Assembly (NCBI GenBank): GCA_050692375.1
Contig: JBOGVK010000243.1
Location: 1 to 51,051, forward strand
From: Actinomycetota bacterium
GTDB taxonomy: Bacteria; Actinomycetota; UBA4738; HRBIN12
Direction of reading: 5' to 3'
Length of the DNA: 51,051 bases
Shown here piece by piece: positions 31,289 to 40,643 of the stretch (within the stretch, counting starts at the first letter, position 1; each line of letters begins with the position of its first letter). A model generated the notes under the pieces. The model was not told where the DNA came from. It did not search any database and saw only the letters and a program-made list of their open reading frames with translations. Both the position numbers and the translations under genes were made by a program.

Positions 31289-33853
31289 CTAGGACGGAGC
31301 TGAGAACGTCTCCGACAGGTCGGACGTGGCACGCTCGCGGAGCGCGACGTTGATCCGCTGGCGCTCCAGCATCTGGTCGAGCATGAGTCCCGCTTGCGGG
31401 ATGGAGTGCGTCTGGAAGAAGGTCGAGACCGCCACCTGCTGCTGCGGCTCGGAGAGGAACCGGGTCCCGGATGCGAGCGAGATGATGTTCGACGCGGCGA
31501 ACCGTTCGATCTCTTGATCCCAGTGCTCCGCGATGAACCGCCAGGCTCGCTCCCCCTGATCGCGGTTCGTGGTCGCGATCGCCAAGAGGAAGGGCGCATC
31601 CTGCGGGCGGACGTCGTCGGTCAGGCTCGAGGCGAGCAGCTGTTCGAATAGATCCGGATCGCGGAACCGAGCAAGCGCGTTCAAGTACCGCAGCTGGTCC
31701 TGGGGAGTGGCGCCGTCGCGCACCATCTGCCAGTACCGCGCGAAGTCGGTGGCATCGCCGTTCGTCGCCACCACCTGGACGGCCGCCGATGCGAGGTGCG
31801 CGTCGACGTTGCCCCCGTTGCGCGACTCGCCCTCCAACTCACGCATCTGCGCCTTCGCCTCCGGGTCATCGCCCAACACGGCGATCGCTTGGGCGAGCGT
31901 TCCGCGCAATGCGCGCACCAGGTCGGGTTCGCCCGCCGGCGCCTGCCAACCGAGCCGCTCGAGCGAGGGACGGAGCAGGTTCCGCACGAAGTCGCGGAAC
32001 CCGTCGCGCGGCGCGCCCTCGAGGAAGCGATCACACCACGCGAGCCCGGTGAGGATCAGCTGCCACACCGGCAGCTCCGTCTCGTCCCGGAAGCCTTCCA
32101 CGAGCCTGCAGAAAGACGAAGCGGTTGCCGAACCGTCGACCACTGCGGCCCACGCGTCATCCACGAGCGCGTAGCGTTCGAGCGGGCTGAGCGCCCACTG
32201 CGCGGACCCCGCCAGGCGGCCGGCGAGAGCCTCGTCGTACCACACGCGGACGAAGCTGATCCCGCCGGCGTTCGCCACCACGATCGCGTCCGGGTCAACG
32301 AGCGGCAGCGTGGCGCCGTCCGCCTCGATCAAGATCGCGTCGGTCGTCTCGCGTCCGTCGGGCGCGGACTGACGGACCAGCAACGGCACGGACCACCGGC
32401 TGGTGTCATCGGGCAGCGAAGGTGCGTAGCGTCGTTGGACGAATTGGAGCGCGCCATCCGCGATCGACACCGAGATCAGCGGATAGCCTCCCTGCCAGAT
32501 CCAGCTGTCCATGATCCTGCGAACCGGCTCACCGGTTTTCTCCTCCAGCGCGTCCCAGAGGTCGTGGGTCTCGGCGTTGCCGTAGGCGTGCTTCCCGAGG
32601 TAGCGGCGGATCCCGTCGCGGAACCGATCCCTGCCGAGGTACTGCTCGAGCATCCGCAGGATCGCGCCACCCTTCAGATAGGTCAGCGTGTCGAACATGC
32701 CGTTCGCGTCGTCGGGCGAGTGCACCGGATACTCGATGGGACGGGTCGAGTCGAGCGAGTCGACCTCGAGCGCAGCGCTCCGCGATCGCGCGAACTGGTT
32801 CCACACCTCCCAGTCGGGCCGATACGCGTCGACCGCGAGCATCGCCATGAAGGTGGCGAACGCCTCGTTCAACCAGAGCCCGTTCCACCAACGCATCGTG
32901 ACGAGGTCGCCGAACCACATGTGGGCGAGCTCGTGGGCGACCGTCTCGGCAACGTCCAGCTGCTCACCGTGCGTCGAGGTCGCCGGGTCGACCAGCAAGG
33001 ACGCCTCGCGGTACGTGATGCAGCCGAGGTTCTCCATGGCTCCCTGCGCGAAGTCGGGCAGGGCGATGTGGTCGACCTTCCGATCCGGGTACGGGATGCC
33101 GTAATAGTCGCCGAACCACGTGAGCGCGTGCGCCCCGACCTCGAGTGCGAATGCGGCCAGCGGCCCTTTGCCCGGCACGTGCGCGACCCGCGTGGGGACC
33201 CCGCCCGCGTCGACGGCCTCCGTCAACTCGAGATTGCCGACGACGAAGGCGACCAGGTACGTCGACATCGACATGGTGTCGGCGAACATGACCCGGACGC
33301 GGCCGTCGTCTTGCATCGTCCGCTCAACATCGGGGCCGTTCGAAAGGGCCGTCAGGTCGGGCGCCACGACGAGCGTGACGCTGAAGACGGCTTTGAGATC
33401 CGGTTCGTCCCAACACGGGAACGCCCGCCGTGCGTCGGTCGCTTCGAAGTGCGTCGTGGCGATCACCTGTGCACCGCCGGTGGGCAGCTGATACGTCGAC
33501 CGGTAGAACCCCACGAGCTTGTCGTTCAGCTCGCCGCGGAAGTCGAGGTGGAGGGACCATTCACCCGGATCGGCGGTCGCGTCGAGCTCGAGGTGCGCGC
33601 GCTCCGTCTCGGGCTCGAGCCGGATCTTCGAGATCTCGATGCGACGGCCATCGCCCGCAGCCAACGACCCGCCCGAGATCTCCAGATCCACCGCGTTCAG
33701 AGCGATCTCGGTGACTGGTTCATGGACCGTGACCGCGACGGCTTGCCGACCGATGAACGCTCCGGCGACCAGGTCGGGTTCCAGGATCAGCTCGTACCGG
33801 TTCGGCGTCACGGTCCGTGGCAGGCGGTAGCGGGCCTCGGTGTCCTCGGTCAT
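31289..33853 (-). CDS. pepN: aminopeptidase N (M1 family)
   Basis: Part of the artefactual 1246-aa ORF 31289..35029. The real start is the ATG at 33853 (MTEDTEARYRLPRTVTPNRYEL; GGAGGGGG upstream). GAMEN exopeptidase motif and HELAHMWFGD...WLNEAFA (HEXXH-X18-E). 854 aa. Confidence 0.9.
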   Translation of the reverse strand: MTEDTEARYRLPRTVTPNRYELILEPDLVAGAFIGRQAVAVTVHEPVTEIALNAVDLEISGGSLAAGDGRRIEISKIRLEPETERAHLELDATADPGEWSLHLDFRGELNDKLVGFYRSTYQLPTGGAQVIATTHFEATDARRAFPCWDEPDLKAVFSVTLVVAPDLTALSNGPDVERTMQDDGRVRVMFADTMSMSTYLVAFVVGNLELTEAVDAGGVPTRVAHVPGKGPLAAFALEVGAHALTWFGDYYGIPYPDRKVDHIALPDFAQGAMENLGCITYREASLLVDPATSTHGEQLDVAETVAHELAHMWFGDLVTMRWWNGLWLNEAFATFMAMLAVDAYRPDWEVWNQFARSRSAALEVDSLDSTRPIEYPVHSPDDANGMFDTLTYLKGGAILRMLEQYLGRDRFRDGIRRYLGKHAYGNAETHDLWDALEEKTGEPVRRIMDSWIWQGGYPLISVSIADGALQFVQRRYAPSLPDDTSRWSVPLLVRQSAPDGRETTDAILIEADGATLPLVDPDAIVVANAGGISFVRVWYDEALAGRLAGSAQWALSPLERYALVDDAWAAVVDGSATASSFCRLVEGFRDETELPVWQLILTGLAWCDRFLEGAPRDGFRDFVRNLLRPSLERLGWQAPAGEPDLVRALRGTLAQAIAVLGDDPEAKAQMRELEGESRNGGNVDAHLASAAVQVVATNGDATDFARYWQMVRDGATPQDQLRYLNALARFRDPDLFEQLLASSLTDDVRPQDAPFLLAIATTNRDQGERAWRFIAEHWDQEIERFAASNIISLASGTRFLSEPQQQVAVSTFFQTHSIPQAGLMLDQMLERQRINVALRERATSDLSETFSAPS

Positions 33854-33918
33854 CTCGATCCCCCTCCGCCTATCCTGGGCACGGCGAGGAATCCTACTCC
33901 AGCGGCCGAAAGGCGACC

Positions 33919-35029
33919 TTAGGCTCCTTGCACCTGTCCCCAGCCGTCCGTGTAGAGCTTCTCGACGTCGGGACCGAGGTCCGCCGTGAACGAGAGCCGG
34001 CTCAACACGTCGGCCGGAGGGAAGACGATCGGGTCGTCCCGAACACCGGCGTCGAGCATCGACACTGCGGCCGCGTTCGCGGTGTCGTACTGGATGAAGT
34101 TCGACACCTGCGCGGAGATCTCCGGCCGCAGGTAGAAGTCCATGAACGCGAGGGCGTTGTCGGGGTTCGGAGCGTTCACCGGAACGGCGAGCGAGTCCAC
34201 CCAGCGAAGCGCCCCCTGCGCGGGGAGAACGAAATCGAGCTTCGAGTTGCTCTTCTTCGCCTGCAGCAGGTCGCCCGAGTACGCGTGCGCCGCCACCAGG
34301 TCGCCCTTGGCAAGACCGTCGATGTAGTCGGTCGAATCGAACCCCTTGATCACGGCCTTCATCTTGATGAGCTGCTGCGTCGCAGCGTCGATGTCCGCCG
34401 CCGCGGTCGCGTTCGGTTCCTTGCCGAGGGACAGGAGCGCCGCCGCGTGAGGCATCCCGGATCTCCGTGAGGAGCGTCATCTTGCCCTGGTACTTCGCGT
34501 CCAGGAACACGGTCCAGTCCGGTGGCTCGCTGAAGACGCTCGTGTCGAATCCGATCCCCGTCGTGCCCGTCGCCCACGGGATCGTGTAGGCGTTCCCTGG
34601 ATCGAACCCTTCCTTGCGGAAGTCGGGTTGGAGATTCCCGATGTTCTTGAGCTCGGAACCGGCACCGATCTTCTCGAGCAGGTCCTGTTCCAGGAACCGC
34701 CGGATGAAGTTGTCACTCGGCACCATGAGGTCGAACGTGTGCCCCTCGCGACCGTGACGCCGAGGCACGTTCGCCAGATTGAGGCGACTCGCGAGCTCGT
34801 CGTTCGATACATAGGTGTCGTAGGCGACGGCGATCCCGCTCTGGGACTTGAAGGCCGTGAGAACGGCCGGATCGATGTAGTCGGTCCAGTTCTCGAACGT
34901 GAGCTGATCCGAGCCCTCGATCGCGCGCTCGGAGCATGCCGCCAGGATCGGAGCCGTGGCGACCACCAGGCCGGCGGCGCCCGCGCGTCGGAGGAACTCC
35001 CTTCGCGGCAGCGGCTGCGCTGAGCTCAC
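33919..35029 (-). pseudogene. frameshifted PotD/PotF-like polyamine ABC substrate-binding lipoprotein
   Basis: The N-terminal half lies in the frame starting at GTG 35029: MSSAQPLPRREFLRRAGAAGLVVATAPILAACS (Tat motif plus lipobox) ...KYQGKMTLLTEIRD. The C-terminal half lies in another frame (ORF 33919..34455: MPHAAALLSLGKEPN...LRWVDSLAVPVNAPNPDNALAFMDFYLRPEISAQV), colinear with E. coli PotD ([33 protein letters not shown]). The frames switch around the CCC run at 34456..34458. Confidence 0.7.
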
Positions 35030-35041
35030 GTGATCGACCTC

Positions 35042-35539
35042 TCAGCTCGCCAGGAAAACCGGGACCGAAGCATGCCGTGCCACGCGCTCCGACACCGAAC
35101 CGACGAGCAGCCCTCGGAGTTTGCCCAGCCCTCGCCGTCCCATCACGATGAGATCGGCGGATTCGCTCTCGGCCGTCTCGAGGATCGCCTCGGCGGCTTC
35201 GCCACGAACGACCAGCGCGCGGGCGTTCCGACCTCGGTCGAGGAAGAGCTGCGTGGCCTCGGTCGCCACCTCCTTCGCGTCCTCCTCCATCTCGGCCTGG
35301 AGATGCTCCGTCTGCAGCACCCCGCGCCGGCGGATCGCGATCGGCGGGTTGAAGGCAACGATCACCACGATCTCCGCGCCGATCGTCTCGGCGATCAGGT
35401 CCGCCCACGCCATCCCCAGCTGCGACCCGGGGGAAGCGTCGACGGGCACCAGGATCTTCCGCACGCGCCGCTCGATGTCGGGGATCTGAAGCGGCTCGTC
35501 GTCGTCGATCGCCGGAGCCTGGACGCTCTCGTCACTCAT
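35042..35539 (-). CDS. universal stress protein (UspA family)
   Basis: KILVPVDASP ... ADLIVMGRRGLGKLRGLLVGSVSERVARHASVPVFL is the classic Usp ATP-binding fold motif G-2x-G-9x-G(S/T). Confidence 0.85.
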   Translation of the reverse strand: MSDESVQAPAIDDDEPLQIPDIERRVRKILVPVDASPGSQLGMAWADLIAETIGAEIVVIVAFNPPIAIRRRGVLQTEHLQAEMEEDAKEVATEATQLFLDRGRNARALVVRGEAAEAILETAESESADLIVMGRRGLGKLRGLLVGSVSERVARHASVPVFLAS

Positions 35540-35545
35540 CTCGCG

Positions 35546-36961
35546 TCAACCCTCCACCTCTTCGAGCCCGGTCGGTGTGAACTCGTCGGTTTCGCCCCGC
35601 CGCTTCTTGAAGTACTTCGCGACCGGATACAGGATCGGGCCGGACGCTAGGAACAGCGCCGACAATCCGACCGTCGTGAAGATGCCGGCACACATGATCT
35701 GGTTGTAGATCGAGAAGACCACGATCGCCGCCGGGAAGAAGACCACAAGCGCGATCCCGAGCCAACCGCCGGGGACCCGGTACGGCCGCTCCATGTCGGG
35801 TTCTTTCTTGCGGAGCCAGACGAGCGCCGCGAACTCAAGCAACAGCGCCGCCGAGTAGATCATGACATCCACGACCACCAAGCTCTGGAACGGACCGAGG
35901 ATGAACACGGAGTAGATCGCGCTGGACGCGACCAGAGCCACCCACGGCGTGCCGTACTTCTTGTGCGTCTTGAACAGCACTTTCGGCAGGTAGCCGTCGT
36001 CGCCCATCACGAACGGTATTCGCGTCACGGACAGCAGCAAAGCGGAGAACAACCCGGCCGCCGCCACGATCGCGCCGAAGGCCATCAGCACTCCGAGCCA
36101 GCTGCCCCCGATCGTCTTCGCGATCTCGTTCCATGCGCCGGCGGTCCAGACCGGGCTGCCGTGATGGCCGAGCCCGACGACCCCGAGCCCGATGACCACG
36201 GGCAGTAGGTAGCAGAGCGTGATCAGCGGCAACGTGATGATGAGCGTCTTCGGATAGTCCCGGCGGGGGTTCTTCATCTCGCCGGCGATCGTCGACAACC
36301 CATCCCAGCCGAGGTAGTTCCACATCACCACGAACAACCCGAGGTTCAACGACTGCCCGATCCCTTGTCCCTGCAACGTGAGCGGGGTGCCCGGGTTGAA
36401 GTGCATCTTGAAGAGACCGAGGATCGTCATGAGGATGAACGGCGCGAGCACGATCACGCCGAAGATCTTCGAAGAGTCGCCGATCAACTTCGAACCGCGG
36501 ATGTTCATGAGCGTGAACACCCAGATCACCGCCATACCGAGCAACCAGCGGGCGATGCCGTTCGTCTGGAAGACCTTGAAGTAGGTGGCGGAGTAGTCGA
36601 CGAAGAGGACCGGGTAGATCGCCATGTCGACCCACGACGTCAGCCAGGACCACCAGCCCTCCTGGAAGCCCCAGAACGGACCGAGCGCACGCTTGACCCA
36701 GAAGTAGAAGCCCCCCTCGACCGGCATCGCCGTGGCGAGCTCGGCGACCATGAGCGAGGTCGGCAGGCTCCAGAGGAGGGGCGTGATCAGGATCAACAGG
36801 ATCGCGATGCCGGCGCCGGAGGAGCCGACCACGTCCTCCAGGCCGTAGGCGCCCCCCGACACCGTGAAGAACATGATGAAGATGAGGGCGCCCAACGTGA
36901 GGGAACGCTTGATGACCTGGACGTCTGGTTTCGACGACTCGGGCGCGACCGCGATGGCCAT
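35546..36961 (-). CDS. APC superfamily amino acid / polyamine permease
   Basis: ORF 35546..37033 trimmed to the ATG at 36961 (MAIAVAPESS...; GAGGGGGG upstream). About 12 TM. FTVSGGAYGLEDVV and AELATAMPVEGGFYFW are typical of APC/APA-type permeases. Confidence 0.85.
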   Translation of the reverse strand: MAIAVAPESSKPDVQVIKRSLTLGALIFIMFFTVSGGAYGLEDVVGSSGAGIAILLILITPLLWSLPTSLMVAELATAMPVEGGFYFWVKRALGPFWGFQEGWWSWLTSWVDMAIYPVLFVDYSATYFKVFQTNGIARWLLGMAVIWVFTLMNIRGSKLIGDSSKIFGVIVLAPFILMTILGLFKMHFNPGTPLTLQGQGIGQSLNLGLFVVMWNYLGWDGLSTIAGEMKNPRRDYPKTLIITLPLITLCYLLPVVIGLGVVGLGHHGSPVWTAGAWNEIAKTIGGSWLGVLMAFGAIVAAAGLFSALLLSVTRIPFVMGDDGYLPKVLFKTHKKYGTPWVALVASSAIYSVFILGPFQSLVVVDVMIYSAALLLEFAALVWLRKKEPDMERPYRVPGGWLGIALVVFFPAAIVVFSIYNQIMCAGIFTTVGLSALFLASGPILYPVAKYFKKRRGETDEFTPTGLEEVEG

Positions 36962-37060
36962 TGCCCCCCTCACTCGGGCCGAAGATGGCAAATCCTGCCA
37001 TGACAGGGTTGTCATGAGCAAGGCAGGAACCAACGAGGATCCGTTGCGGCGCCGGGCGGC

Positions 37061-37987
37061 TCAGGCGTTCACGTACGTGAGCCAGTCCGCGTACTTCTCC
37101 GTCTCGCCTTTCGTGGCGGCGAAGAACGCGCCTTGGAGCTCCTTCGTGATCGGGCCGCGATGGCCCTCGCCTACGGCGCGATCGTCCACCTCGCGGATCG
37201 GGGTGATCTCGGCCGCGGTCCCGGAGAAGAAGCACTCGTCCGCGTTGTAGAGGTCGCTGCGAACCAGGTTCTCCTCGCGAACCTCATAGCCCAGGTCACG
37301 CGCGATCTGGATGACACTCTGGCGCGTGATCCCGTCGAGGCAGCCGGCCTGGCTGGGAGGCGTGGTCAGCACACCGTTGCGAGCGATGAAGACGTTCTCG
37401 CCCGAACCGTCGGTGATGAACCCCTGTTCGTTCAGCATGATGGCCTCGTCGTACCCGGCCTTCAGCGACTCCACCTTCGCCAGCACGCTGTTGATGTATT
37501 GACCGGTCGCCTTCGCGGCGGCGGGCAGCGAGTTCTGGCCGTTCCGTCGCCAGCTGCTGATCTTGATCCGGACACCCTGCTCGAGCGCGTCCTCACCCAG
37601 GTACGCGCCCCACGGCCACACGGCGATGATCACATTGACCGGCGCGTTCAAGGGGTTCACGCCCATCTCGCCGTATCCGCGGATCACGAGCGGACGGATG
37701 TAGCAGGAGTCCAACGCGTTCGCGCGGATCACGTCCTTCATGCCATCGCCAACCGCATCCGCCGCGAACGGGATGTCCAGGTGATACAGCTTCGCGCTGC
37801 GGTAGAGGCGACGCAGATGCTCATCGAGGTGCCAGATCGCCGGACCGCGGGCGGTCTCGTAGGCGCGGATGCCCTCGAACACTCCCGTGCCGTAGTGCAG
37901 CGCGTGGGAGAGCACGTGGATCTTGGCGTCCGCCCAGTCCACGAGCTCGCCGTCCATCCAGATCTTCTCGACCTGCGTGATGGGCAC
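37061..37987 (-). CDS. ilvE: branched-chain amino acid aminotransferase
   Basis: ORF 37061..38074 trimmed to the GTG at 37987 (GGAGGG 7 nt upstream). HYGTGVFEGIRAY, YIRP, AAKATGQYINSVLAK and FFSGTAAEITPI are fold-type IV BCAT motifs. 308 aa. Confidence 0.9.
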   Translation of the reverse strand: MPITQVEKIWMDGELVDWADAKIHVLSHALHYGTGVFEGIRAYETARGPAIWHLDEHLRRLYRSAKLYHLDIPFAADAVGDGMKDVIRANALDSCYIRPLVIRGYGEMGVNPLNAPVNVIIAVWPWGAYLGEDALEQGVRIKISSWRRNGQNSLPAAAKATGQYINSVLAKVESLKAGYDEAIMLNEQGFITDGSGENVFIARNGVLTTPPSQAGCLDGITRQSVIQIARDLGYEVREENLVRSDLYNADECFFSGTAAEITPIREVDDRAVGEGHRGPITKELQGAFFAATKGETEKYADWLTYVNA

Positions 37988-38089
37988 CGTGGACCCTCCT
38001 CGTCTCGGCCGGTCGCGCGGCGCGGCGCCCGGGTGTGTCGCACAGGATATCGGCAACTGGGCGCCCTCGGCCAAGGTCGTCAGCCGAAG

Positions 38090-38884
38090 TCAACGCGCGA
38101 GGTCGTACGCACGCCATGCGATCGGGAAGCGCGGCTCCAGAACCTCGTCGAACCCACCGAACCGCTCCTCCGCCCACCGACGGGCATCCGACACGGCGGT
38201 CGCGAGCGTTTCGTGGTCGACGCCCCAGGTCCACGAGTAGAACCCCGCCTCGATCTCCTCGAAGAACGTGCGAAGGGTCAGCTCGCTCGCTTGCCACAGT
38301 GTGGGGAGGACCCGGAGTCGCCCGCCGAACGACTCCACCACCTCATCGAGCTGGGCGTGGTCGTCCAGGTCGAGCCCCTTGCGACGCGCCTCAGAACCGA
38401 CCCGAGCTTCGAGCCGGTCGATCACTTCATCCCAGGGACCTTGACCACCCTTCACGCCGATGTTGAGCATCAGCACGCCCCCGGGCCGAAGGATGCGCCC
38501 AAGCTCACGAACGGCGTCGCGCCATCGAGGGATGAGGTGGAGCACGTGCCGAGCGAGCGCGGCATCGAAGCAGCGATCGGGCAACGGCAGTCGCGTCGCG
38601 TCGCCGACGACCAACGGGAACGGTGGCCGCCCGCCCGCCTTCTCGATCAACTTGTTCAGCATCGGTCTCGAGAGGTCGACCCCCACCATCCGGATGCCGG
38701 CGGCGTGCAGCGGAAGCGAAACCAAACCAGTGCCGACGCCGATCTCCAGACATCGGTCACGGCCGCGCATCTCGCCTGCGAGCATCTGCGTCATCGCCTC
38801 GCTGGCCTCGGGCGTGATCACCCGCGTACGGTCGTAGTACTCCGCTGCGCGATCGAACGCGATCGAAGCTGGCTCTTCACTCAT
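38090..38884 (-). CDS. class I SAM-dependent methyltransferase
   Basis: CLEIGVGTGLVSLPL is motif I (ExGxGxG). VGVDLS and ILRPGGVLML are present. Its ATG overlaps the upstream stop (ATGA at 38881..38884). Confidence 0.8.
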   Translation of the reverse strand: MSEEPASIAFDRAAEYYDRTRVITPEASEAMTQMLAGEMRGRDRCLEIGVGTGLVSLPLHAAGIRMVGVDLSRPMLNKLIEKAGGRPPFPLVVGDATRLPLPDRCFDAALARHVLHLIPRWRDAVRELGRILRPGGVLMLNIGVKGGQGPWDEVIDRLEARVGSEARRKGLDLDDHAQLDEVVESFGGRLRVLPTLWQASELTLRTFFEEIEAGFYSWTWGVDHETLATAVSDARRWAEERFGGFDEVLEPRFPIAWRAYDLAR

Positions 38885-40038
38885 CCCTTGGGCGTCTCCT
38901 TGTTCGGGTCGACGAATGGGAGGGGGGTCACGGTCGCCGGACGGCTGCCCCTCGGGTCACCGACCTCGAGCGACGTACCCTCGGCCATCCGCGAGGCCGG
39001 CACCCACGCGAAGCCGACGTTGCGTTCCAAACGCGGCGACCACGCGGCCGCCGTCACCCGGCCTAACGGTTCGCCGCTCGGATCGAGCACCGGCCAGATG
39101 TCGTTCAACGCGCCCTCGTCGGTCATCGGGTCACCGCCGATGTCGATCCCCACGAGCTTGCGGTCGACGCCCTTCCTCGCGAGTTCTGCGAGCGCCGACT
39201 TCCCCATGAAATCCGCCGCCTGATCCAGTTCCACGAACTTCTCGAGGCCGCTGACGTGCAACGGTGTGTCCTCGATCCGCATGTCGCTCCCGTAGTTGAA
39301 GATCCCCGCTTCGATCCGGCGAGCTTCGCTCGGTGCGATCGCGCGGATCCCGAACGGCTCCCCCGCCTGCCGCACGCGCTCCCACAGGTCATCGCCGCGA
39401 GATGCGTCCCGGAGGTAGATCTCGTACCCGACCTCGCCGGTCCAACCGGTCCGGCTGATCACCACCGGGATCCCATCGACCTCGGACTCGGCGCACCAGT
39501 AGTAGCGGAGGTCGCGGACCGCCTCGCCGAACAGAGCCCCGATCACATCCTTCGATCGCGGACCCTGGACCTGCATCGGCGAGACGTCCGCCTCGCGGAT
39601 GTGCACATCCATGCCGCGACCCGCGGCCACGCCCGCCGCGTACAGCAGCGCGTCGCTATCGGCGAGCGCCAGCCAGAAATGGTTCTCCCCGAGGCGAAGC
39701 AGTACCGGGTCGTTCACGATCCCGCCGTCGGCCGCGGTCAACAACACGTACTTGCATTGCCAGACATCGCACGTGGTGAGATCGCGGCAGGTGATCAGGT
39801 TCGTCAGCTCGAACGCGTCCGGGCCCGTGATCTCGACGCAGCGCTCAACGCTGACGTCCCACATCGTCACGTCGTTCAGCAGCGCCCAGTATTCCGACAC
39901 GGGGTCGTCGTAGAGCGTGGGCAACAGCATGTGGTTGTACAAGCCCCAGCTCTTGCAGCCGGCGCGTTTCGTCGCCTCGAAGTAGGGCGACTTCCGGTAC
40001 CACGGCTGGATGTAGAACGTGAACGTCTCGGACGCCAT
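38881..40038 (-). CDS. GcvT-family aminomethyltransferase, DmdA-like (385 aa), copy 1
   Basis: YNHMLLPTLY, WDVSVERCVEITGPDA, DVSPMQVQGPRS, ISRTGWTGEVGYEIY and EAGIFNYGSDM are colinear with tetrahydrofolate-dependent demethylases of the DmdA type as I recall R. pomeroyi DmdA. Confidence 0.8.
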   Translation of the reverse strand: MASETFTFYIQPWYRKSPYFEATKRAGCKSWGLYNHMLLPTLYDDPVSEYWALLNDVTMWDVSVERCVEITGPDAFELTNLITCRDLTTCDVWQCKYVLLTAADGGIVNDPVLLRLGENHFWLALADSDALLYAAGVAAGRGMDVHIREADVSPMQVQGPRSKDVIGALFGEAVRDLRYYWCAESEVDGIPVVISRTGWTGEVGYEIYLRDASRGDDLWERVRQAGEPFGIRAIAPSEARRIEAGIFNYGSDMRIEDTPLHVSGLEKFVELDQAADFMGKSALAELARKGVDRKLVGIDIGGDPMTDEGALNDIWPVLDPSGEPLGRVTAAAWSPRLERNVGFAWVPASRMAEGTSLEVGDPRGSRPATVTPLPFVDPNKETPKG

Positions 40039-40092
40039 CGAACCTCCTCGTCTGCGGTGCGCCGGGACGCTATCGCACGCGAGCCGGTGGAG

Positions 40093-40635
40093 TCAGTTCG
40101 CGCTGGGGTCGGCGGGCATCAGCCGGAGCAGGTCGAACGCCGGACCCTTCCGCTTCAGCACGTCCTCCCAGAGGCGCGACGGGTTGGGCGCGAACACGTC
40201 CTCGGGCTGCGCCGGCTCGACGATCCAGGACTCCTCGGCCATCTCCGCCTCCAACTGTCCTTCGCCCCAGCCCGCATAACCAGCGAAGACGCGCGCGCGC
40301 CGGAGACCGTGCAGGTCGTCGGACCCGGTCTCCGGCGGCAGGAACCCGATCGTATCGAGCGCGAGGATGGCGGCGTCGGAAGGTTCCTCGAAATCTGCGA
40401 CGACGACCGCGGCGAGCGGTTCGACCGGACCCCCGATGAAGAGCGGCTCATCGTCCGACACGAGGGATCCGAGCTGCGGGACCGCGTCGGCGACGGTGAC
40501 ATCGGCGGCTCGGTTCAAGATCACCCCGACCGCCCCGTCCTCGTCGTGCTGCCCGATCAGCAGCACGGTGCGCCGGAAGTTCGGATCCCACAGGTTCGGG
40601 CCCGCGATCAGCAGGTGTCCTCGAAGACTCCGCAT
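40093..40635 (-). CDS. YqgE/AlgH family protein (UPF0301)
   Basis: ORF 40093..40872 trimmed to the ATG at 40635. MRSLRGHLLIAGPNLWDPNFRRTVLLIGQHDEDGAVGVILNR ... VFAGYAGWGEGQLEAEM is the conserved YqgE/AlgH pattern. Confidence 0.85.
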   Translation of the reverse strand: MRSLRGHLLIAGPNLWDPNFRRTVLLIGQHDEDGAVGVILNRAADVTVADAVPQLGSLVSDDEPLFIGGPVEPLAAVVVADFEEPSDAAILALDTIGFLPPETGSDDLHGLRRARVFAGYAGWGEGQLEAEMAEESWIVEPAQPEDVFAPNPSRLWEDVLKRKGPAFDLLRLMPADPSAN

Positions 40636-40643
40636 CCCGCAGA

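Noticed and set aside
29899-31599. 566-aa minus-strand ORF overlapping hpaE in another frame
   Set aside because: It is an Arg/Gly/Pro-rich alternate frame. The hpaE frame has complete ALDH motifs.
31796-33922. 708-aa plus-strand ORF
   Set aside because: It is antisense to pepN, which has GAMEN and HEXXH-E motifs. It is Arg/Val/Asp-rich with no motifs.
31289-35029. 1246-aa ORF that would be a PotD-PepN fusion protein
   Set aside because: The middle 200 or so residues are Arg/Gly/Pro-rich nonsense. The real PotD C-terminal half is readable in another frame (33919..34455). pepN has its own RBS and canonical N-terminus at 33853. The fusion is a by-product of a frameshift plus an open alternate frame.
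37133-39223. 696-aa plus-strand ORF
   Set aside because: It is antisense to ilvE, the SAM methyltransferase and part of the DmdA-like gene. Spanning three well-supported genes on the other strand makes it implausible.
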